From: a virus
DNA length: 64,000 nt
Reading direction: 5' to 3' (one strand)
Virus record (IMG/VR): IMGVR_UViG_3300024239_000132
Location: 9,250 to 73,249 of that record
Positions within the stretch are counted from its first letter, which is position 1, and each line of letters opens with the position of its first letter. Of the stretch, positions 30,628 to 39,563 are shown piece by piece. The notes under the pieces are model-generated. The model saw only the letters and a list, made by a program, of their open reading frames with translations. It made no database searches and was not told the origin of the DNA. The position numbers and the translations under genes were made by a program.

Positions 30628-31077
30628 TCAAACGAACGGTGTCAGGTCAGGCGGGGAATAGTCTTTCCCCTTGCCGATCTTGCCGTTCGGAAGCAGGACG
30701 GGCTTGCCGTCTTCGAACTTGGAGTAGTTGGAGCGATTGACCTCGGCCAGACCACCGGGAGCATCCATGCCAGCAAGGACAGCAGTACCGGTAGCCGTCA
30801 CGAGCTGATCGCAGATGGCATCGAAGAACTGAGGACGATCATTCTCATGCAGAATGAGGAACGGCTCAGCGCCCTTGTTCTTGAAGTGATTGGCAAGGTT
30901 GGTGATTGCCGATCGAGCAGCTTCCTTGAGACGATCGCCAGTGTAATTGACGGGCGTGAGCTCATCGATCATTTCACCAACTTCTTCGAAGTGTACACCC
31001 ATCTGGACGTAGAAGTTGGCCAGGGTAGGCTCAGGCTTGGCAGCCTTGAACCAGTTGGCGGTGTCTTCAAGCGGCAA
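30628..31077 (-). CDS. MazG-like NTP pyrophosphohydrolase
   Basis: EEVGE, DAICD, EVNRSNYSKF and GKIGKGKDY. Confidence 0.85.
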   Translation of the reverse strand: MPLEDTANWFKAAKPEPTLANFYVQMGVHFEEVGEMIDELTPVNYTGDRLKEAARSAITNLANHFKNKGAEPFLILHENDRPQFFDAICDQLVTATGTAVLAGMDAPGGLAEVNRSNYSKFEDGKPVLLPNGKIGKGKDYSPPDLTPFV

Positions 31078-31387
31078 GGGACTTCTCCTGTTCAGCGAGG
31101 TATCGCTCCATCAAGAGATTCTTGATGTAGGTTTTGATGGGAGTGTGGGCACCTAGCTGGGATTCCAACCAGGTCTTTTGGTCTTGGCTCATGGACAGAT
31201 AAATATCTTCCATAAAAGCCCGCCGAGTGTCAGCAGGTTGAACACCAAGGGCATGAAGCCTCTGGGTAACCGTAGAAGTGTGGCAGCCAAGTGTCTCAGC
31301 AATGGTGGCGAGTGACAGTCCGACGCTGTTCAAACGAACCAAGTCGGAATCTGTCACCCTTCTGTTTGAACGGTAAACGTCAGTCAT
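31067..31387 (-). CDS. HTH DNA-binding protein (conserved N4-like)
   Basis: GLSLATIAETLGCHTSTVTQRL; ADTRRAFME. Confidence 0.75.
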   Translation of the reverse strand: MTDVYRSNRRVTDSDLVRLNSVGLSLATIAETLGCHTSTVTQRLHALGVQPADTRRAFMEDIYLSMSQDQKTWLESQLGAHTPIKTYIKNLLMERYLAEQEKSLAA

Positions 31388-31458
31388 GCGATAAACCCTG
31401 TGCAATTATCAACTCTGTCTTAGTTGAGTTTGCACAGAATGCCTAGAGTTTTGAAGAT

Positions 31459-32019
31459 TCACCCGGCAAAGTTATCGATGACCCGACGAACCACATGAAC
31501 TGATACCCCGAGTTGCCGAGCAATCTCGGCTTTGGAGTGACCCAGACCGCGGAGTCTTGCGACCTCAAGGTCACGGCTCTTACGGATCTTGTCAGCATCT
31601 GAGATAGTCTCTGCAAAGCTGCTGGCCTTGTCTGCGTGCAGCATCTTGGACAGGCTCTGGGCCTTGCGTGAGACCTTCACTTTGGGCTCATCACCGATGA
31701 TGTCGAGCATCATGCGGACTTCAGCTTGGGATACGCCAAGGACTTCCCAGCTGACCTTGTGCTTTTTCTTGAGCGCACGAAGATCATAGGCGGCAGTTCG
31801 GCGGATATCGCCGGGAGTTTCAAGACCCATCAGATCATTGCAGATCTCACGGGCTTGCTCCTTGCGGGTGGGAACGACATAGGGGTTCAGCACAGGCTTG
31901 GTTTCCTCAGCTGGTTCAGCGGGAGCTACTTCGAGCTCTGGTTCAATGGTTGGTTGTGGGGCTGGCAGGCGCCTTGAAAGCAAGCGCATGAAATTGGGTA
32001 GTCTGTGGCGGAATCGCAT
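31459..32019 (-). CDS. Hypothetical protein with C-terminal HTH
   Basis: GHSKAEIARQLGVSVHVVRR. Confidence 0.6.
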   Translation of the reverse strand: MRFRHRLPNFMRLLSRRLPAPQPTIEPELEVAPAEPAEETKPVLNPYVVPTRKEQAREICNDLMGLETPGDIRRTAAYDLRALKKKHKVSWEVLGVSQAEVRMMLDIIGDEPKVKVSRKAQSLSKMLHADKASSFAETISDADKIRKSRDLEVARLRGLGHSKAEIARQLGVSVHVVRRVIDNFAG

Positions 32020-32107
32020 TTGAATTTCCTTCAGCAAGACCGCAGCACAGAGCCCAAGGAAAACCGTAGGTTTTCCTGACAGGCTCGGATGTGCGTAGGT
32101 CTTGCGG

Positions 32108-32368
32108 TTATGCTGCCTTGGGCGTGGTAACAGGAACCATGGAAGGGTCTTCGATGGTCACCTTGAAAGTGCGGCCGTCGGCAAAGATGATGTCACGTTC
32201 GATGGCACGAACACACTTGTCTTCGATAAGGTCGGCAACCAGACCGAGCATGACCTGATCGGTCACCTCAGCGACCTTGCGGAAACGCTGGCCAGGCTTC
32301 TTGATAACGATCCAGAACGTACCGTCCTTGGGGTCGATCTGGACGGTGAACTGCTTGCTGGGATTCAT
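32108..32368 (-). CDS. Hypothetical protein
   Basis: 86-aa ORF with backbone-like codon usage. Confidence 0.6.
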   Translation of the reverse strand: MNPSKQFTVQIDPKDGTFWIVIKKPGQRFRKVAEVTDQVMLGLVADLIEDKCVRAIERDIIFADGRTFKVTIEDPSMVPVTTPKAA

Positions 32369-32423
32369 GGGAGGATTTCTCTCTAATGGTCAGGAACGAA
32401 GCCAAGAAAAAGCTTAGCTTTCC

Positions 32424-32759
32424 TCAGATGCCTCGGACGTTCTGGAGATGATCGTGCTGCTCTCTGAAGCAACGATAGGACCCGTTCCAGCGATGCCGGC
32501 CCACGATCCGGTAGATCTGTGTGGTAGGGTCCTGAGATTTTTTGCGACCATCGAGACGGATGTCGAAACCACATTCGTACTCAAGGCGTTGCATATACTT
32601 CAGGAGTGTCTGTTGGTCTGGGATAAGCTGCTGTTGAATGGCAACCGAGGCTGATAACCCACGGGGAGCCAGAGCAAGCAGAACTAGCCTTCTTGCTCTG
32701 GTTCCCTTAGGTGGACTGACGAATCCATATCTAACGATATAGTGCCGACGATCTCTCAT
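32424..32759 (-). CDS. Hypothetical protein
   Basis: ATGA overlap with thyX stop. Confidence 0.55.
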   Translation of the reverse strand: MRDRRHYIVRYGFVSPPKGTRARRLVLLALAPRGLSASVAIQQQLIPDQQTLLKYMQRLEYECGFDIRLDGRKKSQDPTTQIYRIVGRHRWNGSYRCFREQHDHLQNVRGI

Positions 32760-33664
32760 CCGGCGACGAACTCGTTAGGCAATTGCTTACGAAGCTGTCG
32801 CCAGCCTACGAGGTTGCCGTGCTCTTCAGGATACATCCAAGATGAATCTCCTCGTGGGTCTGAGGTAGACCAATCTGGTGTTGCCTGATGCTCGGCAGGG
32901 CTAGCATGGAGAGGCTGGCTGACGACGAGCTTCTCATAGAGAGCAATGTCCTCCTCGACAGTGGTCTGCCGGCCATCATGGGTCAGGTAGCTGACACGAG
33001 CACAACGAGCGACGGAGACCTTCTTAATGGGCTCTACCAGTTCATCATACATGGGCTCATCACGAGTGATGCGGCCCTTCTTGGCCAGATAACGAGCAGT
33101 GCTCCAATCTTCCTTGGTGATGTAGGGCAGATGCCACTCACCGGGTTGCAGGAAGTGGGGATCACTCTGAGCCATGGCAGCCATCATGGCTTCTGCCAAT
33201 ACCTTGATCTCCGGCTGTGCATCAGGGTGAGCACGAAGAGCGAAGAAGTTCGCCCATTCGGTTCCGGAACACACGACATTGATGTGTGCCCACGGCTCAA
33301 GAATGCGATTGGCAATTTGCTTGTGCAAGCCATTGCTGACCAACCATTCAGCCTTACTGATCATCTGTTCCATGGCGTCGAGCCAGATGGACTGGCAGAC
33401 GCCGATGGCTTCTGGATCAAGCTCTGCTCCGGCCTGCATACCAGGCTTATTGGAGCCCCAGTAAACTGGCATTGCTGGATCACGGCGAAGATCTGCGATC
33501 ATCCGTTCCACCGGTATTGCACGGGAGCTGGAAGCGTTTCGGCTGAAGACCCTATGGGTCATAAATTCCGAATGCACCATACGAGGATAGCGCAATTGAA
33601 ATGTGGTGAGGCGCTTTCCCTCAGGGGAAACGCTGTCTGCGATCACGATTGCTGAGATTGTCAT
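32756..33664 (-). CDS. thyX: Flavin-dependent thymidylate synthase
   Basis: EFMTHRVFSRNASSSRAIP and HASPAEHQA; likely start MTISA. Confidence 0.93.
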   Translation of the reverse strand: MTISAIVIADSVSPEGKRLTTFQLRYPRMVHSEFMTHRVFSRNASSSRAIPVERMIADLRRDPAMPVYWGSNKPGMQAGAELDPEAIGVCQSIWLDAMEQMISKAEWLVSNGLHKQIANRILEPWAHINVVCSGTEWANFFALRAHPDAQPEIKVLAEAMMAAMAQSDPHFLQPGEWHLPYITKEDWSTARYLAKKGRITRDEPMYDELVEPIKKVSVARCARVSYLTHDGRQTTVEEDIALYEKLVVSQPLHASPAEHQATPDWSTSDPRGDSSWMYPEEHGNLVGWRQLRKQLPNEFVAG

Positions 33665-33750
33665 GTCTGTTCCATACGAAGAGACCGGAGAGTCGCCTCC
33701 CCGGTCTGATATTTTCAAACAAATGTCTAGTCTGTTTGAGGTGAGCTCCC

Positions 33751-33767
33751 ACAATCTTTGAGATTGT
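33751..33767. promoter_or_regulatory. 17-bp palindrome, copy 1 (operator candidate)
   Basis: ACAATCT-TTG-AGATTGT, identical to 59152-59168. Confidence 0.5.
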
Positions 33768-33777
33768 CAGGCTTGAG

Positions 33778-34074
33778 CTACCACTTATATCCCAGACACT
33801 CGAACTCTGTCTCGCTGTATGGGCGATCACAGAGCACCCTGCCAACGTAATTTACCGTGGCAAAGCCTGGGACGATGTAGAGCTTTCCTTCACAGTCCAC
33901 GACTGTCCAGACATAGCGGGGATCAACGTCTGAACCGATCGTGCTGTGATCACGGATGATGGACCCGTCGGGTGCGGAGATAGGTTTGTAGCGTCTCTCG
34001 AAGACAAAATAGCCGCCGGCTCTGGACCGCTTGCGAATGCGGATAGGCGCCTTGATGACCTTAGGCTGCTGCAT
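33778..34074 (-). CDS. Hypothetical protein
   Basis: VWTVVD...YIVPGFATVN motif. Confidence 0.6.
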   Translation of the reverse strand: MQQPKVIKAPIRIRKRSRAGGYFVFERRYKPISAPDGSIIRDHSTIGSDVDPRYVWTVVDCEGKLYIVPGFATVNYVGRVLCDRPYSETEFECLGYKW

Positions 34075-34285
34075 TGCTCAGATCCTGATTCAGTTCATCA
34101 AAGCCACCGACCACCTTGAGAACCAAGGGAAGCGTCTGGCGTCCGATCGATGCAGGTAGGGCACCGAGCTCAGGCACATTCATGATGTTGTGCTCGGCAT
34201 AAGTCAGTCCCTTCTGGTTCAGAAGTTCCTTGGCCTTGTCGCAATAAGGACAGTTGTCCATAGTAACGATGATGTAGTCTTTCAC
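34061..34285 (-). CDS. Glutaredoxin
   Basis: CPYC active site, TLP cis-Pro motif, GGFDEL; GTG start with GGAG RBS. Confidence 0.88.
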   Translation of the reverse strand: MKDYIIVTMDNCPYCDKAKELLNQKGLTYAEHNIMNVPELGALPASIGRQTLPLVLKVVGGFDELNQDLSNAAA

Positions 34286-34365
34286 TCGTGAACTCCGTGA
34301 TAAGTCTGTGTGGAGAGATTTAAGCTTTATATGTAGGAAGTCTCCAAACTTCTGGAGATTCCCCC

Positions 34366-34638
34366 ATGTCAAGTGCAAAAGTCAGGGTAGCTGTTCCAGC
34401 TGTTTGGACTGATATCTCAGGTGCGGCTGCCAATGTGGCCGGTATGTCGTGGTATAACGACCCACGTTTCAGCTTCGGTCCAGTTGCTTTGGCATTTCAG
34501 GCCAGCAGTCCTGTCGCTGGTGATCCTTTTGTCACGCTTCAGCGTGGGGATTCCTGGTATGACAAGGCTGGGTCAGCAAAGATCTGGGCGATGAAGCTCA
34601 GCGATCAGCCTGTTCTTCTCACTGGCATGGCGGACTGA
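34366..34638 (+). CDS. Small beta-rich protein, probably structural
   Basis: 90 aa; co-oriented with the downstream spike gene, opposite to flanking middle genes. Confidence 0.6.
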   Translation: MSSAKVRVAVPAVWTDISGAAANVAGMSWYNDPRFSFGPVALAFQASSPVAGDPFVTLQRGDSWYDKAGSAKIWAMKLSDQPVLLTGMAD

Positions 34639-34643
34639 ACCAA

Positions 34644-37205
34644 ATGGGCCACTCTCGCACGCTCAATCGACCCGTGACAGGTGACGGTGGCCTGTTTTCA
34701 TATGGCTTTGCAGGCGCTCGTGGTAGAGTTGGAGGTGGTACTCCTACGCCTACCCCGACGCCTACGCCTACTCCCGATCCGTCATGGGCGATCGGACTAG
34801 CCCGCACACCCGCGTATGTGCCTTCTTGGACGCGACCAGCCTCGTTTATACAGGGGACGATCACTGGCAGCATTCCGGTCGATGCGATTGATTACGCAAC
34901 TGGAAATGGCGGCGGAGCATTCTCCGACCTGTTCGCATGGATCGATGCCTGCAACGCGGCCAACAAACCCGGCGCGCTCGGGCAGGACATCACGATCACC
35001 ACGACGGAAGCATCGCTTGGTCGGCGCTATCTCTATCGTGGCATTTACGGCTACGGAGCGGCAAATCCGAAGATCACATGGACAGGCCGCACGACCGGTT
35101 CGGGTTCGCAAAAGGCGCTGTTCCACGCCTATCTTGAAGACATCACCATTCGCGGCGTCGAGTTTGTGGATTGGGGTTGTGTTCTGGCCGTTGGTCAAAA
35201 GACGCTTCCACTGATCGAAACCGCCACCTTCACCGCTTCGTTCAGCGGCACGGCGATGACTGTTTCGTCGGGCAGCGTCAGCACTGGCATGAGCATTTAT
35301 GTTCCGGGATCGGTGCCTTACGGGACAACTGTTGTTAGTGGCTCAGCTCCGAATTGGGTCATCTCTGCCAACGTCGGCACGGTTGCGTCCACCACGGTAA
35401 ACGTTGTCGATCCACAGCCTTACCACACCAGCACGCAGCCACTTACCCGCATTGCCGATCCCGTTGTCGGTTCTGCTTCGGGCCTGCACTGCCCGCGCCT
35501 TGGCAAGATCGTCACATCGGGCACGTTCAATATCAGCCAGATCGCCATCAAGCGGCAGATCGAAGGCACTACCGCGATGGGGCAAGCCAGCGGCGGGGCA
35601 AACAACAACTATTATTTCAGCGATGCGGCATGGGCTGCGGTGCTTGAAACGGTCAATCTCTTCACCGGGGCGAGCTGCACAACGAATGCCCAGATTGTTT
35701 CGGCCATCAATGCCAACACTACGGCGGGCTTTGCGCACGGCTATGCAGCCGTCCTGTCCCTGTCTGGCGACGTGCTGATTACGGCAAACACGGTCAACAC
35801 CAAGTCGTTTGTCGATATGGTCATCACACAGACCGGCACGGCGGCGACGTTCGATGTCAAGACGCCAGCGGTCACGATCACGCATTGCACCTTTACAGAC
35901 TGCAACATGACCTACGCCGCCTTGCTCGATGTTTCGGAGCTTGGTGCGGTCGAGTTCCACAAGAACAGCCTGCCGGGTACTTGGTCCGCCATTTATGCGC
36001 AGGTCACGCGATGGGGGCATCTGCGCGCGGCAAACAACGAATGGTATGATTGCCTTCGGCTTCGCCATAGTCTGCGCCGTGCGCAAACTGGCCGAGGCCA
36101 TACTGCGGACAGTGGGGCAACCACTACCTACGCGGGAATGCCCGCTGGTTCCTCCCTATCGGAGTTCAACACTTTCATTTATGCGGGCACCGATAGCCCG
36201 CTGATGATGCGCTACATGACGGCCGGAACAACCTGCCTGATCGAAAACAACTATGCCCACGATGTCGAGAGCTACAACTCCACCAACACCGTGAACGCCG
36301 CTGTCTTTGCTGATATCCGCAACTGCTGGCAGCGCACGTCCAACGGCAAGGTCAACCGGATTGCCTACAACCGGATTGTCTCGGTCAAGGGCGTGCGCGG
36401 GGCCGAGGATGCCAACGCGTTCTATGCTAAGCCTCGCGGGCTCGATGTGATCGCGAACTATATCGAGGACGTTGGCGCGGCATATTACGGGCCTATCTCA
36501 CAAGATGGCTCCGAGTTCAGCAACGGGTTCAAGAACCCCGGCCCATGGAACCAGGAATACACCTCCACCTGGGGAACCAACGAAATCGGGGAGCCGTTCC
36601 GCTTCCTCGGCAACGAGCTTGTCAACATGCCTCCCGGCATCCCGCCCTTCAAGATCGATGAGGTTTACACCTCTGGCACGATCATCGAAGACAACATCAT
36701 TCGGAACTGGCGGAACTACAAGAATGGCGTCGAGCAAACGTCCGGATCTGTGGCGGGCGGCTTCCGTATCACGGATGGCCATCGCTTCGTATCGTTCAAG
36801 CGCAACCGCTTCATCAACTGCGATCCGGGACCGACCGATCCCGGCCTTTTGATAAATCTGCACAACATAAAAGAGGCCAACAACACGACCTTTACGACGG
36901 CTGATTTCCAGATCGACAACAACTCAATCCACAACGATGGCAGCGCTCATGCTGATGGCAGCTACCCGGTATATGGTGCGAACACGATTTTGGTCCGCTT
37001 TGACTTCGGATCAAACAACCCTGCGACGGGCTTTGCTGCCGGATTGGCAACTGGCTCCAATCGCATCTTGACGGCGTTGGGAGCAGACAGCGGCTATCGG
37101 TTTGTCATGAACCACACCGATCGCACAGAAACCAGTGTTGGGACTAACGCAGTGCCACAGGCGTCGGTGGTCAACTACCTGTCGAGCTATGGGGCTAATT
37201 TGTGA
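34644..37205 (+). CDS. Putative tail spike / depolymerase (beta-helix)
   Basis: 853 aa, Thr/Gly/Asn-rich; (TP)n linker; repeated IENN, IAYNRI, IANYI, FLGNEL, IEDNII and FKRNRF strands. Confidence 0.7.
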   Translation: MGHSRTLNRPVTGDGGLFSYGFAGARGRVGGGTPTPTPTPTPTPDPSWAIGLARTPAYVPSWTRPASFIQGTITGSIPVDAIDYATGNGGGAFSDLFAWIDACNAANKPGALGQDITITTTEASLGRRYLYRGIYGYGAANPKITWTGRTTGSGSQKALFHAYLEDITIRGVEFVDWGCVLAVGQKTLPLIETATFTASFSGTAMTVSSGSVSTGMSIYVPGSVPYGTTVVSGSAPNWVISANVGTVASTTVNVVDPQPYHTSTQPLTRIADPVVGSASGLHCPRLGKIVTSGTFNISQIAIKRQIEGTTAMGQASGGANNNYYFSDAAWAAVLETVNLFTGASCTTNAQIVSAINANTTAGFAHGYAAVLSLSGDVLITANTVNTKSFVDMVITQTGTAATFDVKTPAVTITHCTFTDCNMTYAALLDVSELGAVEFHKNSLPGTWSAIYAQVTRWGHLRAANNEWYDCLRLRHSLRRAQTGRGHTADSGATTTYAGMPAGSSLSEFNTFIYAGTDSPLMMRYMTAGTTCLIENNYAHDVESYNSTNTVNAAVFADIRNCWQRTSNGKVNRIAYNRIVSVKGVRGAEDANAFYAKPRGLDVIANYIEDVGAAYYGPISQDGSEFSNGFKNPGPWNQEYTSTWGTNEIGEPFRFLGNELVNMPPGIPPFKIDEVYTSGTIIEDNIIRNWRNYKNGVEQTSGSVAGGFRITDGHRFVSFKRNRFINCDPGPTDPGLLINLHNIKEANNTTFTTADFQIDNNSIHNDGSAHADGSYPVYGANTILVRFDFGSNNPATGFAAGLATGSNRILTALGADSGYRFVMNHTDRTETSVGTNAVPQASVVNYLSSYGANL
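34739..34775 (+). repeat. Thr-Pro linker repeat
   Basis: ACNCCN repeated six times, encoding TPTPTPTPTPTP. Confidence 0.85.
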
Positions 37206-37324
37206 GAGAGTTTATCCTCTTGATTGGCCCTTTGGTGCTGGCTTGGATCAGTGGCTACCTCTTTGGCTTCCATGAGGCTAAGAGGAAGATCACTGGCATT
37301 ATAGTGAGGCATTTTCGCTTGTAA
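37202..37324 (+). CDS. Small membrane peptide (40 aa)
   Basis: GTGA overlap with spike stop; MREFILLIGPLVLAWISGYLFGFHEAKRK... Confidence 0.4.
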   Translation: MREFILLIGPLVLAWISGYLFGFHEAKRKITGIIVRHFRL

Positions 37325-37389
37325 CGGCCAAGGATAGCGCGGGCGGCAATCGTTGAGAGGCCGTTCCCGCGCAAATCTGGTGAACGAGG

Positions 37390-37520
37390 TGGTGTAGCTG
37401 CGGGCCGGATTGTTTACCGGCTCAGTTTACTAAGCAGTTGCGCACTGCTGTTCTCGTCTCGTCGCGCACCCTCTTTTTTCGGAGGGGTCCTTGCCGTGTG
37501 TCCATCCACACCGCCGCAGC
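37390..37520 (-). ncRNA. tRNA-like RNA with acceptor, D and T arms but an expanded anticodon region
   Basis: GCTGCGG/CCGCAGC 7-bp stem; GTGT-GGATGG-ACAC; GCCGG-TAAACAAT-CCGGC; 3' TACACCA. Confidence 0.6.
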
Positions 37521-37747
37521 CCGCACACTCTATCACATTCCAGCGCTATGTGAATCCCTGAAACGACTAAGGGCGGCGCGACCGGGAACCCCCAATCCTT
37601 CGCCGCCCTCGAATGCTCGCACTACGCATGGCAGCCGAGACTAAGCCCGAATATCGTTGCTGCGGCCCCCGGCTCTTGATCCACGCATAAAGCGCTGCCA
37701 CCCGTCGGCAACCCAGAGTTGTTCCGGCGCTTGCCGCAGCCCATCCC

Positions 37748-38137
37748 CTATACCACAGGCGGGGGTGAAGGGGAATCCCCTGTTTCGAGTGCGGCCAGTT
37801 CTGACAATGCCTGCGACCTTGCAACACGTCGCGCCTCTGCCTGCTCCGCCATTGCTGGTGAATAGAACGGGTCTGCACTTTCCGGCACTTGGCCCATCGG
37901 ACGGCGGATTGCGTCATGCAGGGCAATCGTGATGGCCTTCACCCGCCCCTCTGCCTCTGCAAGCGAGGTTTCGAGGGCCTGGATGCGGGCGGCGGCGCGA
38001 TTGATCCGAACGCTGGCAAGGCTGAATTGAGCGTCGTCTTGACCATTGGTGGCTTTGACGGTGCGAAGGAACTCTGCGCTTTCCCTGAGGGCCACCAGAT
38101 CATCCATCACCGTTCTCCCTAGCCTTGCGGCAGGCAC
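37748..38137 (-). CDS. Hypothetical phage protein (foreign block)
   Basis: Coiled-coil RAAARIQALE; LHDAIRRPMGQVP; true start probably at MDDLV. Confidence 0.6.
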   Translation of the reverse strand: MPAARLGRTVMDDLVALRESAEFLRTVKATNGQDDAQFSLASVRINRAAARIQALETSLAEAEGRVKAITIALHDAIRRPMGQVPESADPFYSPAMAEQAEARRVARSQALSELAALETGDSPSPPPVV

Positions 38138-38243
38138 TGAAGCCGTCGCGGTGTCCCTGCCAGTAGCCTTTGCTGAAACCGATTATTGCGCCGGTGATCA
38201 AGGGCAATCCAAATAGAGCTGCAATGCCGAGGAGGTCGCTCAT
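38100..38243 (-). CDS. Small membrane protein
   Basis: MSDLLGIAALFGLPLITGAIIGFSKGYWQG; ATGA overlap. Confidence 0.55.
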   Translation of the reverse strand: MSDLLGIAALFGLPLITGAIIGFSKGYWQGHRDGFSACRKARENGDG

Positions 38244-38608
38244 TGCTTCCCCCTTACCGCGTCCAAGGCGGCGATTGCTGCGGTGGCTTGGTCCCATGCT
38301 AGCGCAACGTGCGGATTGTCCCGACGCTCAATTGCCCAATCCCTCACAAAGCAAGCGCCGTTCATCACCATGATAGCCCGCGCCACCGCCTCCACCTCAT
38401 CCTCGCTCGGCTGCGCGCGTGGGCATCCGTGTTCCGCGCAATAGCCACAGTCGCTGGATGATGGGCACGTCTCACTCGGCACAGCATGGATAAGCTGGCC
38501 GGTGCGGTAGGCATCGAATAGCGCGTTCACGAAAGCCGCGTATTCCTCAGGCCCCTGCGTTGCCTTCTTGCTCAACGCCTCAAGCGCTTCTGGTGTTATC
38601 TCAGTCAT
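38240..38608 (-). CDS. Hypothetical phage protein
   Basis: EDEVEAVARAI...ATAAIAAL module typical of temperate-phage accessory genes. Confidence 0.6.
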   Translation of the reverse strand: MTEITPEALEALSKKATQGPEEYAAFVNALFDAYRTGQLIHAVPSETCPSSSDCGYCAEHGCPRAQPSEDEVEAVARAIMVMNGACFVRDWAIERRDNPHVALAWDQATAAIAALDAVRGKQ

Positions 38609-39068
38609 GGGTGGCCTCGGGTTTGTAGGCGATGATCTGGTCGCACTCAGGCACTCTATTATCCCAAATCAGGGATGCGGCAGTCCCGAGTTGGCTCCGG
38701 TCGATCACGCCATCTCGCATCATGTAGATCGGCCTGCTGTCTAGCGGTACCGGACACGGCCCGCCATCATGCTCGATCCACCCTTCCGCCTTCATCGCTT
38801 CATTGAGCATCGGGGTCTCCTTGAGGGATTGGCGTGCGAAGTAACAGGCCCTGCACTTTTCGACACACCATCCGTGTCGGGTTTCAATCCCCTTCAGCGC
38901 CTCCCGCAGCTTCCGCTCCCGTTCCTCGAAAGCGCGTTGGATCAGGACTGCGGCATGGCCACAGCCGTAGTTTCCGAGAACAATCGTGCTGGCGAGGCTA
39001 AATGCCCAATCCGGCGCTCCTTCGATGTCGGCTTCGGTCACCGCCCACTGTTCCGGTTCAGTCTGCAT
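38601..39068 (-). CDS. Hypothetical phage protein
   Basis: C-terminal WIEHDGGPCPV...W...IIAYK module; start at MQTE inferred. Confidence 0.6.
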   Translation of the reverse strand: MQTEPEQWAVTEADIEGAPDWAFSLASTIVLGNYGCGHAAVLIQRAFEERERKLREALKGIETRHGWCVEKCRACYFARQSLKETPMLNEAMKAEGWIEHDGGPCPVPLDSRPIYMMRDGVIDRSQLGTAASLIWDNRVPECDQIIAYKPEATHD

Positions 39069-39291
39069 GGCTGCTTCCTTCAACAATAGAGCGGACCTGC
39101 ATTCCAATGGCGGTTGCCCATGAGGGGATCATTGAGGATGTTGCCAAGCCCTTCTTGTGCAATCCCGGCAACGCGCGCCATAAATTGCCGTGATACGGGA
39201 AGCTAAGTTCTCCGCTGATCGTCTTCTGTGCTGCTAGCATCATCTGCTTCTGCGCAGGCGTCAGTCCCGCCGCTATCTCTTCCGCAGTCAT
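39058..39291 (-). CDS. Hypothetical protein
   Basis: MTAEEIAAGLTPAQK; overlapping starts and stops. Confidence 0.55.
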   Translation of the reverse strand: MTAEEIAAGLTPAQKQMMLAAQKTISGELSFPYHGNLWRALPGLHKKGLATSSMIPSWATAIGMQVRSIVEGSSHAD

Positions 39292-39563
39292 GGATACGGC
39301 CTCCCCCAAGGATTGACTGTCGCGCGCAAACCGCAAGTGCATGGCGCATGGTCAAGTGGATCTAGGTCATTCGCCTTGCAGGTGACGGAGTGCTCAGGAT
39401 CATCGAACATGGCAGGCGGGGCTGTCTCCGGAATACTGCCGTCGCTTAAGCGGCAATCAGGCTCGTCGTCCCGCATCCACCACTTGCCAGAGGGGCCGTA
39501 TCCACCATTCCACATATCGCGTTCAAAGTCGGTCATTCCGCGCATTTCACCAAAGCCGCTCAT
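39288..39563 (-). CDS. Hypothetical protein
   Basis: MSGFGEM; H...C...CTCG motif. Confidence 0.5.
   Translation of the reverse strand: MSGFGEMRGMTDFERDMWNGGYGPSGKWWMRDDEPDCRLSDGSIPETAPPAMFDDPEHSVTCKANDLDPLDHAPCTCGLRATVNPWGRPYP

Noticed and set aside
31067-32019. CI-like prophage repressor
   Set aside because: The HTH genes lie within the middle operon and have no peptidase domain or divergent partner; the first resembles a gene conserved in lytic N4-like phages
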